A stretch of DNA of 45,599 nt, taken from positions 1 to 45,599 of IMG/VR virus record IMGVR_UViG_3300020594_000001. One strand, written 5' to 3'. The DNA comes from a virus. Lineage: Duplodnaviria > Heunggongvirae > Uroviricota > Caudoviricetes. Position numbers and translations under genes: made by a program. The notes beneath the pieces were generated by a model, which saw only the letters and a list, made by a program, of their open reading frames with translations, had not been told where the DNA came from and did not search any database. Positions 32,675 to 41,006 of the stretch are shown piece after piece. Position 1 is the stretch's first letter; each line of letters starts with the position of its first letter.

Positions 32675-34357
32675 TCAGGTCGCTTGTTTGACCGTTTTGT
32701 TCGCCAAGCTGTTGGTAGCAGCTTTCTCGAACTCTTTCTGCTGGCCCGTAGCTTTGGCGGATGTGCCACCATCTGCCACCTCAACCTTCGGGGGCCAAGT
32801 TGCAATCTCTTTCTTCATCTTTTCCAGCAAGTCTGCTTTAAGCTGCGGGAAAAGCTTGTTGATTAGCGCCATCATCTGCTCGCGCCGCACCGAATCTGGC
32901 GCAGCTATCAGAGACAGGTTGCTCGCGATGCTGAATTCGTCACGCAAGCCCCTGACGTCAAAGTTGTCTGGGTAAGAGACGAACCGCTTGCTTTCGTCGA
33001 TGGTTTCGTTGTTCCAGCGCGCGACAAACCGCACCAGCTTGGCTTCAATAAGCTCAAGCGAGTCAGCTTTGGCGGCGAGCATCGAATTGACGCGCTCAAA
33101 GTCGTAAGCCTTGGCGACACCGGAAGAGTTATCGATCCCTGCGCCGTTGTCGTCTTTGGTGCGCTCGCCAGACAAGCCCGTCGTGTGGTAAATCTCAGCA
33201 ATGATCTTGTTGATCACCTGCAAGATGACCTCAGCTTGCTTAACGTCTGGGCTAATGAACTGAGGCGGACTGCCCGCTTCGGGGTTGTAAGTGAAGATGC
33301 GGCTAGTGCCAAGCTCGACCATCTTTTCTTGAACCGTCTTTTCTTGCACCAAGACGCTGTCGTCGTGGCTGACACCGCCAGCAGGTATTACCAGTTGAGA
33401 GAACGTCTGGTCTTGAATGATCGCGTCCAGGTTTGACAGGTAGTTGGCAACCGCCCGGTCGAGGTATGCGACATCATCGATCATCGAGCGAGACCAGTAG
33501 AGCTCGTCTGAAATGATGTTGTCGCCACTGAAGACGGGAACTTGCCCGAACCCGTGCGGGACCGGGTCATTAATCTCGATACGGAGACCTGTTGCAGAAA
33601 CGCCACTGGGGTCGATTGTGCCGACATGGCCCGTGCGCCCTGCATTGATTTCCGCAACCGCAGCACGGGTGCCTGGGTTCGACTGCATACCCGCGTCTAC
33701 CGTGAAGATGGTCGACTGATGTCGCTCCCACAACCGATACCTGCTGATCATGAGGCCGGTCGAGTTCAGCGGGTCTTCGTCGTCACGAACCTGCTCATGA
33801 ATCAGAATCCAGTTGAGCTCGTTCGATTCGTCGTAGCTCATGTCTAGCACGTTGATAGGGTCAACGATATAGGCATACGTGCGAACGCCCGCCTTGCGCT
33901 CATCAGCAAGCGTTGCAACCGCTTCGCTCTTGTTCGTGTCGACCACAACCCAGATACGCCCCTGGCGCGACGTGCGGTTTGACACCTGCTTCATGAAGTC
34001 TCGAATATCCAGCCCGTTCAGCGTCGCGTTCTTCCAGAACTTTTTGACCGATTCGGGCACATCTTCGCTACGCTCGATGGGCATTTTGAAGAGGTATTTG
34101 TCAACCAAATCAACCACTTCACGAGTGTGATTGAAGCGATACGCGCGCTTGACTCGGTCTTTGTATTCGGTATCGCCCTCTTTGAGGTATTTGAAGATGT
34201 TGTCGCCAGTGAACCACTCGCGCCCACCCTTATAGGTGGCATCGAGAAATTCCCAGTGAGAAGACAAGCGTTCATACTCAGGGTGACGCCTGCTGATGAA
34301 GGAGACGACCTTTTTGGTCTGTGCGTTACGCGATTCGCGTCGAGAAGTTTTCTTCAT
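32675..34357 (-). CDS. Portal protein
   Basis: 560 aa directly after TerL; Y.GG.E...Y..R.KRAYRFNHT...VD and SGVAKAYDF motifs. Confidence 0.88.
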   Translation of the reverse strand: MKKTSRRESRNAQTKKVVSFISRRHPEYERLSSHWEFLDATYKGGREWFTGDNIFKYLKEGDTEYKDRVKRAYRFNHTREVVDLVDKYLFKMPIERSEDVPESVKKFWKNATLNGLDIRDFMKQVSNRTSRQGRIWVVVDTNKSEAVATLADERKAGVRTYAYIVDPINVLDMSYDESNELNWILIHEQVRDDEDPLNSTGLMISRYRLWERHQSTIFTVDAGMQSNPGTRAAVAEINAGRTGHVGTIDPSGVSATGLRIEINDPVPHGFGQVPVFSGDNIISDELYWSRSMIDDVAYLDRAVANYLSNLDAIIQDQTFSQLVIPAGGVSHDDSVLVQEKTVQEKMVELGTSRIFTYNPEAGSPPQFISPDVKQAEVILQVINKIIAEIYHTTGLSGERTKDDNGAGIDNSSGVAKAYDFERVNSMLAAKADSLELIEAKLVRFVARWNNETIDESKRFVSYPDNFDVRGLRDEFSIASNLSLIAAPDSVRREQMMALINKLFPQLKADLLEKMKKEIATWPPKVEVADGGTSAKATGQQKEFEKAATNSLANKTVKQAT

Positions 34358-34365
34358 GATCGCCT

Positions 34366-34394
34366 ATTGTAAGTGAGTGCTTACTTACATTCAA
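34366..34394 (-). promoter_or_regulatory. Sigma70-like portal promoter (TTGAAT-17-TACAAT) with an operator (34372-34385) in the spacer
   Basis: -35 at 34389-34394, -10 at 34366-34371. Confidence 0.72.
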
Positions 34395-34395
34395 G

Positions 34396-35640
34396 TTAAA
34401 TTGAAACGCCCGCAATTTCGATCTTCTTAACGGGGAACTGATATTCGATGCAGTAGCCCAGTGCGTCAGCACTGTGCTCTACACCCGCGTCTTTATCGAT
34501 GTCACGACTGCCGCGCTTGTAGATCGTCTGTTCCAGCGAGTTGATCAAATGCTTGCATTTGGGGTCGACGTAGAGTCTGACGCGCCCATCAGCAGCTTTG
34601 AGCATGCGATTTACTGAGTTCACCCGGTCAGAGATCGGGGGGTGCTTGCGTCGGTAGCGCTGGCGCTTGAACCCCTTTTCTCTGAAGATGTCCAGGTCAG
34701 ACTCGCCACGCGCGTGCTGGCGGTATTGCCCCGCTGGGTCGGGAAACAGAATGCACTGGCGTATGTAGCGCCAATAGCGCTTTTCAAGCTCTTCGCTGGT
34801 CTCTTCGGTGTTCGACCCAAATTGCACGATTTCATCGATTGCCCAGACGCTGCCATCTTCTTGAGGCTGCAGAATCACCGAGCTCATGGGGTCGATGTTG
34901 AAGTCTTGCCCTATCCAGATGGGTTTGGCCGGGTCAAAGGCGCACTCACGAACATGGATTCCACGCTGGAACGGGTGATAGACACGCCCGCTCATGGACT
35001 CGAAACTGGCTTCGAACTCTTGGCGATATGACTTTTCGTCCATATCGCGCTTGGCAGCTTCTATTTCTTCTGGGGGGATGAAAGGCGAACAGGATGTTGG
35101 AAATTGCCAGCTAATCCATTTTCCCTGGGTGTAGTTCTCTTCTTTCTGCCCAAGCACATACAGTTCATAGAGGAAGTTATATGCTTTGGGAGTGCCAATG
35201 AAGAGCGCATGCCCGCCCGTAGACGCAAGCGTTGGGCGCAGAACCTTGGTCCATGCGTCGGGGTCGATGTCCTGGACCTCGTCCATGACCAGGTAGTGCA
35301 CACCCACGCCGCGCAGGGAGTCGGGGTTGTCAGCGCCCTTGAGCTCGATGCGGGTTCCATTAATCAGCTTGACCGACATCGCGGTCTCGTTGATCTTGGC
35401 AACCCACTTTCTGGGCAGCGAGGCGATCAGCACGGGCCACATGATCTGCTTTGCCATGCGATAAGAGGGCGCGACATACCAAACCAGTCGGTTACGCACC
35501 CGGGCATAGCGAATCATCATCACCATGGCGAGCATAGATTTACCAAACCGCCGCCCCGCCACCACCACCTTGAAGCGGGACTTCGCGTTGTAAACCTCCA
35601 TCTGCTTTTCGTGCAGAAAGAGCTCGTTGATCGCTGCCAT
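34396..35640 (-). CDS. terL: Terminase large subunit
   Basis: Walker A AGRRFGKS, LRG, Walker B VMDEVQ, IGTP coupling motif, and nuclease residues GQDFN and HSADALGY. Confidence 0.95.
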   Translation of the reverse strand: MAAINELFLHEKQMEVYNAKSRFKVVVAGRRFGKSMLAMVMMIRYARVRNRLVWYVAPSYRMAKQIMWPVLIASLPRKWVAKINETAMSVKLINGTRIELKGADNPDSLRGVGVHYLVMDEVQDIDPDAWTKVLRPTLASTGGHALFIGTPKAYNFLYELYVLGQKEENYTQGKWISWQFPTSCSPFIPPEEIEAAKRDMDEKSYRQEFEASFESMSGRVYHPFQRGIHVRECAFDPAKPIWIGQDFNIDPMSSVILQPQEDGSVWAIDEIVQFGSNTEETSEELEKRYWRYIRQCILFPDPAGQYRQHARGESDLDIFREKGFKRQRYRRKHPPISDRVNSVNRMLKAADGRVRLYVDPKCKHLINSLEQTIYKRGSRDIDKDAGVEHSADALGYCIEYQFPVKKIEIAGVSI

Positions 35641-36329
35641 TACTCGTCCTCGCCCTCGACGACACGATCGTCGACTTCGGGCAGCGATCCATCAGTATCC
35701 ACAAGCTCAGCGTCGCCCATATCGATATCTGGCACGCCAAGCTCGTCTGCAGCTTCCAGGGCAGCTTTGCGCTGTATTTCTTGAATGTCTGCAGCGGAAA
35801 GCTCTTTAATGACGAGCTCGGGCGGCGTCTGGTCACCATCGTTCTCGTCGTCTCGAATGCCAAGCAGCTTGTAGCGCTCATCGCGCAAGGTCTTAAGACC
35901 TTCAGCAGCCATCTTCAGAGTCTTGACAGAGTGATACGCGGTGGCAATGGGCAGATTCTTCTGCTTCGCTTGGGCAATCTCATTCCAAATGAGCTTGGCT
36001 AACCCCGCAGCCATCTTGTAGTGCTCTTCTTTGGTCTCGTTGGTGCGTTCAGCGATCTTTTCAGCTTCAGTCACCGCTTGGCGCTGGATCGCCTCTTTTA
36101 CGAGTTCTTCGCGTTGCGCCCGAGCTTCACCCTTCTTGACCCCTTCGCGGGCCATTAGCGTTTTGAGGGTGCTTTCTGACTTGCCATACTTCTTTGCAAG
36201 CTCAGCGAGCGTTGCTTCGCCCGCAGCCCATAGGGCTTTGGCTTCGGCGCGCTCAGTGGCGGTCATATGTCGACCCGCCACGCGAGGCTTCCTTCCAGGC
36301 GTCTTTCGCTTGGCGGGGCTAGTAGCCAT
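35640..36329 (-). CDS. terS: Terminase small subunit-like protein; start MATSPAK
   Basis: N-terminal HTH (ATLAELAKKYGKSESTL), helical core, acidic tail; TAATG coupling to terL. Confidence 0.72.
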   Translation of the reverse strand: MATSPAKRKTPGRKPRVAGRHMTATERAEAKALWAAGEATLAELAKKYGKSESTLKTLMAREGVKKGEARAQREELVKEAIQRQAVTEAEKIAERTNETKEEHYKMAAGLAKLIWNEIAQAKQKNLPIATAYHSVKTLKMAAEGLKTLRDERYKLLGIRDDENDGDQTPPELVIKELSAADIQEIQRKAALEAADELGVPDIDMGDAELVDTDGSLPEVDDRVVEGEDE

Positions 36330-36457
36330 GGCCGCCCCCAGCAGACGAAAAAATAGGGTCGGCATTGGAGGATTGCCGACCCTTTACACCGGAGCCTTCA
36401 TGCGTGACAGCGGAGGTCACCGCTGACAGAACACACTCTACCCGCTTCCCGAGAAAA

Positions 36458-36471
36458 AGTAAACACTTACT
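36458..36471. promoter_or_regulatory. Degenerate operator copy (AGTAAACACTTACT)
   Basis: 13 of 14 positions match the consensus; upstream of terS. Confidence 0.55.
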
Positions 36472-36531
36472 AACACTGTCAGCAAAAAAAAGACGCACAG
36501 GCTTAGCCGCGCCCACCCCTTCACCGGCTAA

Positions 36532-36617
36532 CAGGATTTCACTTAGGTCGATTTTGGCATCCCCTCTATATCTACAACCTTTCATTCTTTAAACCTTCTT
36601 TATTACGATCGCGGCTA
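36532..36617 (+). repeat. Copy B of the ~85-bp element
   Basis: ACTTAG-GT-CGATTTTGGCATCCCCTCT (36541-36567), AT-rich tract, TACGATCGCGGCTA; inverted relative to copy A. Confidence 0.8.
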
Positions 36618-36953
36618 CGCAGCTAGTCGCGGCGGCTCGAACTGATTCTGCATAGCCCTAAGTCCCAGCTTTGTAGGGATAATCAGGGCGTGGCGTCGAT
36701 CCCTTCGCTTTTCATATTCACGAACGATGAGTCTGCGAGACTCCAGTGCGCGCAGCGAGAACTGGATGCTGGCCTTGGTAGTGCGGTAGGTCAGAATTTC
36801 AAGCAGCTGGTCGATATCGAGTGGGCAGGGATTACCCTCGCTGTCGGTAGTCCCTGTAATAACCGCTGACAGGATCTGGTATTGCTTGTTGGTCAAGCGG
36901 TGGGGGTCGCCCGCAGCCAGCGTGCGCGTGGTTCGATACATGGAAATCGTCAA
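36615..36953 (-). CDS. Winged-helix DNA-binding protein (LexA-N/MarR-like)
   Basis: LTNKQYQIL...DIDQLLEIL...ASIQFSLRALESRRLIVR follows the LexA DNA-binding-domain pattern; no peptidase domain. Confidence 0.72.
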   Translation of the reverse strand: MTISMYRTTRTLAAGDPHRLTNKQYQILSAVITGTTDSEGNPCPLDIDQLLEILTYRTTKASIQFSLRALESRRLIVREYEKRRDRRHALIIPTKLGLRAMQNQFEPPRLAA

Positions 36954-37894
36954 GACGAAAACTCCCGATCAGTCAGTGCCAGGGGCTCATCGAGCCCTTG
37001 GCGATCAAACGCCAATAGCGGAATGCGGTCGGGTAGCGTTCTTCCCCGGTCGGGGTTTGGCCCCCAAATCCAATAGATGGTCGCGCCAAAGACAAGCTGC
37101 ACCGCTTGCTTGAGCACATATTCGATATCCAGCTGATTGACCCGGGACATGCCGTTATGCATCTTGTCGCCCGTCTTCTCCATCGCGCTGATGGTGCGGT
37201 AGAACTTGCGCAGTCGCTCTTCCACGCGCTCACGAGTCTCAGGGGTCATGGCGCGTAGCTCTTCGAGCATCGCGGTCGTGTCAGACGGGTGGCTTTTGAA
37301 GTGGTGTCGAAAGAAGTCAACACCCTTCTCTTGCGCGCCCGGGGCCTCGGGGCGAATGAATTTCATCCCCGCTTTGATCGAGAACGGGTTGAACCGCCCC
37401 ATGGATGAGTTTGATTCGACGTGCGTGCAGCCACTCTTGGCGCAATACATGCGGTAAGCGAGGTTTTTGAACCGATACGCGATGCCCGCAGACCGATACA
37501 TCGTGTCAATGACGGTGCGGTTGTTCCAAGTCAAAAAGCGGTTCACGATCTGCATACGCCGCTTATTCATCAGCTTGGTGTCTTTGCCCCCGCTCTGGTT
37601 CTGTTTCAAGTGGGGGAACACCCGCGAGCGACCCTTGTTCAGCACCATGGGGTTGCCATAGACCAGCACGCCAATAAGCTCTGTAGGGCCATCTTTTGGC
37701 GCATAGACGCACCGCATAAAGCGCGGTGCTGCGGCAAGCGTGTGCCCCTTGTAATGAAGCTCACACAGGGCGTCCCAGTCGCGTTTGTCGCCCCACTCGA
37801 CGTAGACGTCTTTCAGAATGGACAGCGTGTGCTGGCCCGCGCCTTGAACGCGCGTTATTCGAATGTCGTCGGTTTGCAGAATCACCTCAGTCAT
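36950..37894 (-). CDS. GNAT-fold acetyltransferase (ABC-ATPase-associated type); start MTEVILQ
   Basis: LHYKG, RTVIDTMYRSAGIA (acetyl-CoA motif A-like) and SSMGRFNPFSIKAGM. Confidence 0.7.
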   Translation of the reverse strand: MTEVILQTDDIRITRVQGAGQHTLSILKDVYVEWGDKRDWDALCELHYKGHTLAAAPRFMRCVYAPKDGPTELIGVLVYGNPMVLNKGRSRVFPHLKQNQSGGKDTKLMNKRRMQIVNRFLTWNNRTVIDTMYRSAGIAYRFKNLAYRMYCAKSGCTHVESNSSMGRFNPFSIKAGMKFIRPEAPGAQEKGVDFFRHHFKSHPSDTTAMLEELRAMTPETRERVEERLRKFYRTISAMEKTGDKMHNGMSRVNQLDIEYVLKQAVQLVFGATIYWIWGPNPDRGRTLPDRIPLLAFDRQGLDEPLALTDREFSS

Positions 37895-38141
37895 CCCAGC
37901 TTTCCCTAGACCTCTTAGGAATCGAATGACCCCGCGCGCGAGCCCAGTCCAGCACATGCTGGCGCATGATCTTGGTTTCTTGCTTGGGGCCATAGCCCAT
38001 TTCGCTGATCACGTCGAGCGCTTGGTCAAAAAGCTCGTAATGTTCAGCGCACAGGGCGACCTTGCGCTCCTGCCCGTAGAAAACAACAGGCGGATGCGCG
38101 CAGTGGCTGTAACGACAGTAGGGCTTACCCAAGCTGCTCAT
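37887..38141 (-). CDS. Small Cys/His zinc-finger-like protein (84 aa; start MSSLGK)
   Basis: Cx4C-x16-Cx2H pattern; overlaps both neighbours. Confidence 0.62.
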   Translation of the reverse strand: MSSLGKPYCRYSHCAHPPVVFYGQERKVALCAEHYELFDQALDVISEMGYGPKQETKIMRQHVLDWARARGHSIPKRSRESWDD

Positions 38142-38358
38142 GGAGCCCCGGGAGTGTGCGCGCCAAAGCTGCTGCTGCCCCGCCCTGTGCACGAACCCAC
38201 TCGCCCACAAGACGCTTAGCCCCGTCAGGCTCGCCCTTAAGGAGAGCGGCTTTTGCTGCGCTCATACGTTCAAAGTGCTCGTCGCACAGGTTGATCGCGC
38301 CATCCTCGCTGACCTGGTGGACGGCATCGTGTTCGCACTTCATGTAAGTGCATTTCAT
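38125..38358 (-). CDS. Small Cys/His zinc-finger-like protein (77 aa; start MKCTYMKC)
   Basis: Cx4C-x16-Cx2H pattern; ATGA coupling to the thioredoxin gene. Confidence 0.62.
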   Translation of the reverse strand: MKCTYMKCEHDAVHQVSEDGAINLCDEHFERMSAAKAALLKGEPDGAKRLVGEWVRAQGGAAAALARTLPGLHEQLG

Positions 38359-38642
38359 ACAATCACCCCCCACTTGCGAAGGTGGTTCTCAAGAATGGGC
38401 AGCGCCTGCGCGCCCACGAATATGCCCAGACGCTCGCCGTGTTCGTTGACCCCAATACAAGTTGGGGCAACCCTGATCGCGTTGGCGTCGAATTCGCCCT
38501 TGGTTTGCTCTGAATACTCGATTACGCGAAGCTTGAACTGGTGCTGCGCTTGCAGCTTGACCATGTTGGGCTTGAGTTGCTTGCACGGCCCGCATGTGGG
38601 CGATGTAAACAGAATCACTTCGATGTTGGGGTTAGCAGCCAT
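38355..38642 (-). CDS. Thioredoxin-family protein
   Basis: Active site TCGPC and cis-Pro loop VAPT. Confidence 0.88.
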   Translation of the reverse strand: MAANPNIEVILFTSPTCGPCKQLKPNMVKLQAQHQFKLRVIEYSEQTKGEFDANAIRVAPTCIGVNEHGERLGIFVGAQALPILENHLRKWGVIV

Positions 38643-38645
38643 GTC

Positions 38646-39368
38646 TTACATCACCTTCAGCAGGAGTTCATTGATATATGCGGGCGTTACCGCTTGCTGT
38701 TCAGCCAGCTTGGCCGCGTTCTCGATCGCTTCTACGCGCAACTTTTCGCGGTAGCGCTTTTCAATCACCAAATCGGGCGACAGGTCAGCCACGAGGTCGG
38801 TATGGGTGGTTGCTACCAGCAGCGTGACCCCGAGACGTCGAGCCAGCTTCTGAAGCGAATACGAAATAACCTTGGCTGCGGTGCGATCAAGCACCGCCAT
38901 GAATTCGTCAGCGACCCAAACCTTGGCGTTCTGCTCAATCGCCAGGGCCAAGCGAAAGCGATAGCGCTGCCCGTCTGAAAGCTCAGAGGGGCGGCGGGCA
39001 TAGAGGTATGCGTCGTTGATTCCCACCGCTGACAACAGCTTGATGGCTTCGTTAGTGTCTTTGCCCAGCGAGTCGATGATGGGTTTGTCTTGCAGTTGGG
39101 TCGAGTTGATGTTGGACACAACCAAGCCGCGTTCATGCATCTGGCGCTCAAGAGCGAACAGCAGCTGCGATTTGCCCGAGCCAGACTGCCCTGTGATGTA
39201 GACGATGTCGCCCTGCTTTACCTGTAGCTCCAGGTTGTCGAAAACAACGAACTCTTTGTCGTCAAGTCCGATACCGAACGCTTCGGCAATCTCAAGCACA
39301 CGGGCGGTGCGCTCCACACGCGTGTCAAAGCGCACATCAATAAGGTAATTTTCACTTACGCCACCCAT
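38646..39368 (-). CDS. Soluble ABC-type ATPase
   Basis: Walker A GQSGSGKS, signature LSDGQ, Walker B VADEF, H-loop TTH; no partner permease. Confidence 0.9.
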   Translation of the reverse strand: MGGVSENYLIDVRFDTRVERTARVLEIAEAFGIGLDDKEFVVFDNLELQVKQGDIVYITGQSGSGKSQLLFALERQMHERGLVVSNINSTQLQDKPIIDSLGKDTNEAIKLLSAVGINDAYLYARRPSELSDGQRYRFRLALAIEQNAKVWVADEFMAVLDRTAAKVISYSLQKLARRLGVTLLVATTHTDLVADLSPDLVIEKRYREKLRVEAIENAAKLAEQQAVTPAYINELLLKVM

Positions 39369-40060
39369 TACGCCACCTTTGCGTGCTCGCGGGCGAACTG
39401 TAGGAATGCGTCTTCGCCCACCAACCCCGTCTGGGCTTCAATCTGAGCCATGAATCGCGTCACAATAATGGCTTCGTTACCCGAAACGCTCTTGAATCCC
39501 AGCAGCTTTGCGATGGTGATGCGCTTTTCGCCCGCCCCCTCGATGCGTTCGTCCAGTTGCTCCATCTGCTCGCGCACCGCACCCGCCAAATCGTTCTCAA
39601 AGACGTCGTCGTTGGTGCTCATCAGGTCGGCGATCGCAAAGTCGAGCTCTTTCTTCTCGAAAATGCCCTCCAGGTCCAGCGCAAGCTCGGGAAACTCCAG
39701 CAACTGTTGCTCTAAGATGTCGCTATCGAGGTCGGTTTGGGCGACGCGATTGTCAGCCCAGCGAAACGCACGCGCTTGCTCAGCGGTCAGGTCTTGCTCG
39801 ACCGAAACGGGCACATGCTTAAGCCCCAGTAGCTGCGCTGCAAGACGACGCCCGTGACCCGCAATAATGACCCCGTCGCGGTCGACCAGAATGGGGTTAC
39901 CGCGCCAGCCAAACTTGCGTATGGACTCAGCCAGCTTCTGGGTGCTCTTGTCGTCGTGCTTTTTCCCATTATCTGGATAGGGAGTCAGCGAATCGACGTC
40001 CCGAAGCTCGGGGGGATTCAGATTCAGTTTGACCTGGGATTTCTGCGTCTTCTTTGTCAT
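39368..40060 (-). CDS. ParB/Srx N-terminal domain protein
   Basis: LTPYPDN.K.H, SIRKFGW..PILVDRDGVIIAGHGRRLAA and ADNR motifs. Confidence 0.88.
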   Translation of the reverse strand: MTKKTQKSQVKLNLNPPELRDVDSLTPYPDNGKKHDDKSTQKLAESIRKFGWRGNPILVDRDGVIIAGHGRRLAAQLLGLKHVPVSVEQDLTAEQARAFRWADNRVAQTDLDSDILEQQLLEFPELALDLEGIFEKKELDFAIADLMSTNDDVFENDLAGAVREQMEQLDERIEGAGEKRITIAKLLGFKSVSGNEAIIVTRFMAQIEAQTGLVGEDAFLQFAREHAKVA

Positions 40061-40284
40061 GCAGCCCTCTTGATGGGAAACAGGACGCTGGCATTAGGAA
40101 AATCTGCAAAGGCTGGGGCTGACGAGTCTCCGAAGCGCGCCCTGGCCCGCTCCAGCGGGCTTTTGACGGCCTGGCTAGACATGACGTCTTCGGGCTCCCA
40201 CATGTCTGCGTCCTCGCACTCTTCGCAGATGGCGGGCTCGACCTTGTAGAAGGCGCAGCTTTCGCAATCGTCATACTTAGGCAT
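40057..40284 (-). CDS. Small Cys4 metal-binding protein (75 aa; start MPKYDDC)
   Basis: CESC...CEEC; GGGG Shine-Dalgarno; overlaps both ParB genes. Confidence 0.62.
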   Translation of the reverse strand: MPKYDDCESCAFYKVEPAICEECEDADMWEPEDVMSSQAVKSPLERARARFGDSSAPAFADFPNASVLFPIKRAA

Positions 40285-40942
40285 TTCGCCCCCGAAGTAG
40301 GTGCACCAGGGCGTCGCCCGCGTTGGCAAGGGAATCGCCCCCTGTGAAGCCCTGTGACTTCATGGTCGCTTCGATCAGCTTTTCGATGGCGGGCGCATCG
40401 CCCAGGGGCACTTTGAATCGCATGATCTGCGAGGTGGGCGCAGCGGGCACTAAGTCTTCCAGCGACCCTTCGTTCTTGGCGTCAGGCATGCCAAGCTCGT
40501 CCAGGTCGATGTCGGTGGCCGAGAATATCTCGTCAAACTCAGCCCCTGTGTAGGGTAAGAACGTGGAAAGCTCGTCAACATTGCCAAGGCCCTTGAGTAG
40601 CGATGCGAGCTCCAGGGTGTCGTCTTCGCCATAGCGCCCATTGTCAACCAGGCCAATCTCTTTGGCGGTTTTGTCGTCGATGCTGCCCAGATTGATGACC
40701 GGCACCGTCGCAAATCCCATGCGGGCGGCAACTTGCCAGCGGTGCTGACCACCGAGTATTTCAAGAAAGTCGCTGTCGTCCTGGTCTCGGACGATCAGCG
40801 GTCTGACAAAACCGAAGCGGGACAAGCTCGCCTCGATCTTGGCTTCATTCTCAGGGCTGACGTGGTTCGTGTTCCACGGGTTCGGTCGAAGAATCTCGAC
40901 CGGCACATGGCTCATCACCAGTTGCTTGCTTTTTCTGCTCAT
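40277..40942 (-). CDS. ParB/Srx N-terminal domain protein (second)
   Basis: LRPNPWNTN, SLSRFGFVRPLIVR, ILGGQHRW and DN.RYGEDD motifs. Confidence 0.88.
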   Translation of the reverse strand: MSRKSKQLVMSHVPVEILRPNPWNTNHVSPENEAKIEASLSRFGFVRPLIVRDQDDSDFLEILGGQHRWQVAARMGFATVPVINLGSIDDKTAKEIGLVDNGRYGEDDTLELASLLKGLGNVDELSTFLPYTGAEFDEIFSATDIDLDELGMPDAKNEGSLEDLVPAAPTSQIMRFKVPLGDAPAIEKLIEATMKSQGFTGGDSLANAGDALVHLLRGRNA

Positions 40943-40955
40943 GCGGTAAACTGTT

Positions 40956-40975
40956 AGTGAGTGCTTACTTACAAT
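40956..40975. promoter_or_regulatory. Operator (40956-40969) at the strand switch, followed by a TACAAT -10 element facing the helicase
   Basis: AGTGAGTGCTTACT-TACAAT in the 64-bp divergent intergenic region. Confidence 0.7.
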
Positions 40976-41006
40976 CTTATCTGAAACAGGCTCTTAGAGC
41001 AAGCAT

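Noticed and set aside
38341-39360. Operator half-sites (GTAAGTG at 38344, CACTTAC at 39353)
   Set aside because: Only half the palindrome is present and both lie in or at coding sequence, so they were not counted among the 13 copies.
38646-39368. ABC transporter
   Set aside because: No permease or binding-protein gene nearby; the context is ParB/GNAT, pointing to a non-transport ATPase.
39368-40942. ParAB partition locus
   Set aside because: No ParA Walker ATPase adjacent, and neither ParB-like protein shows a clear HTH. They resemble the ParB/Srx domains of phage modification operons.
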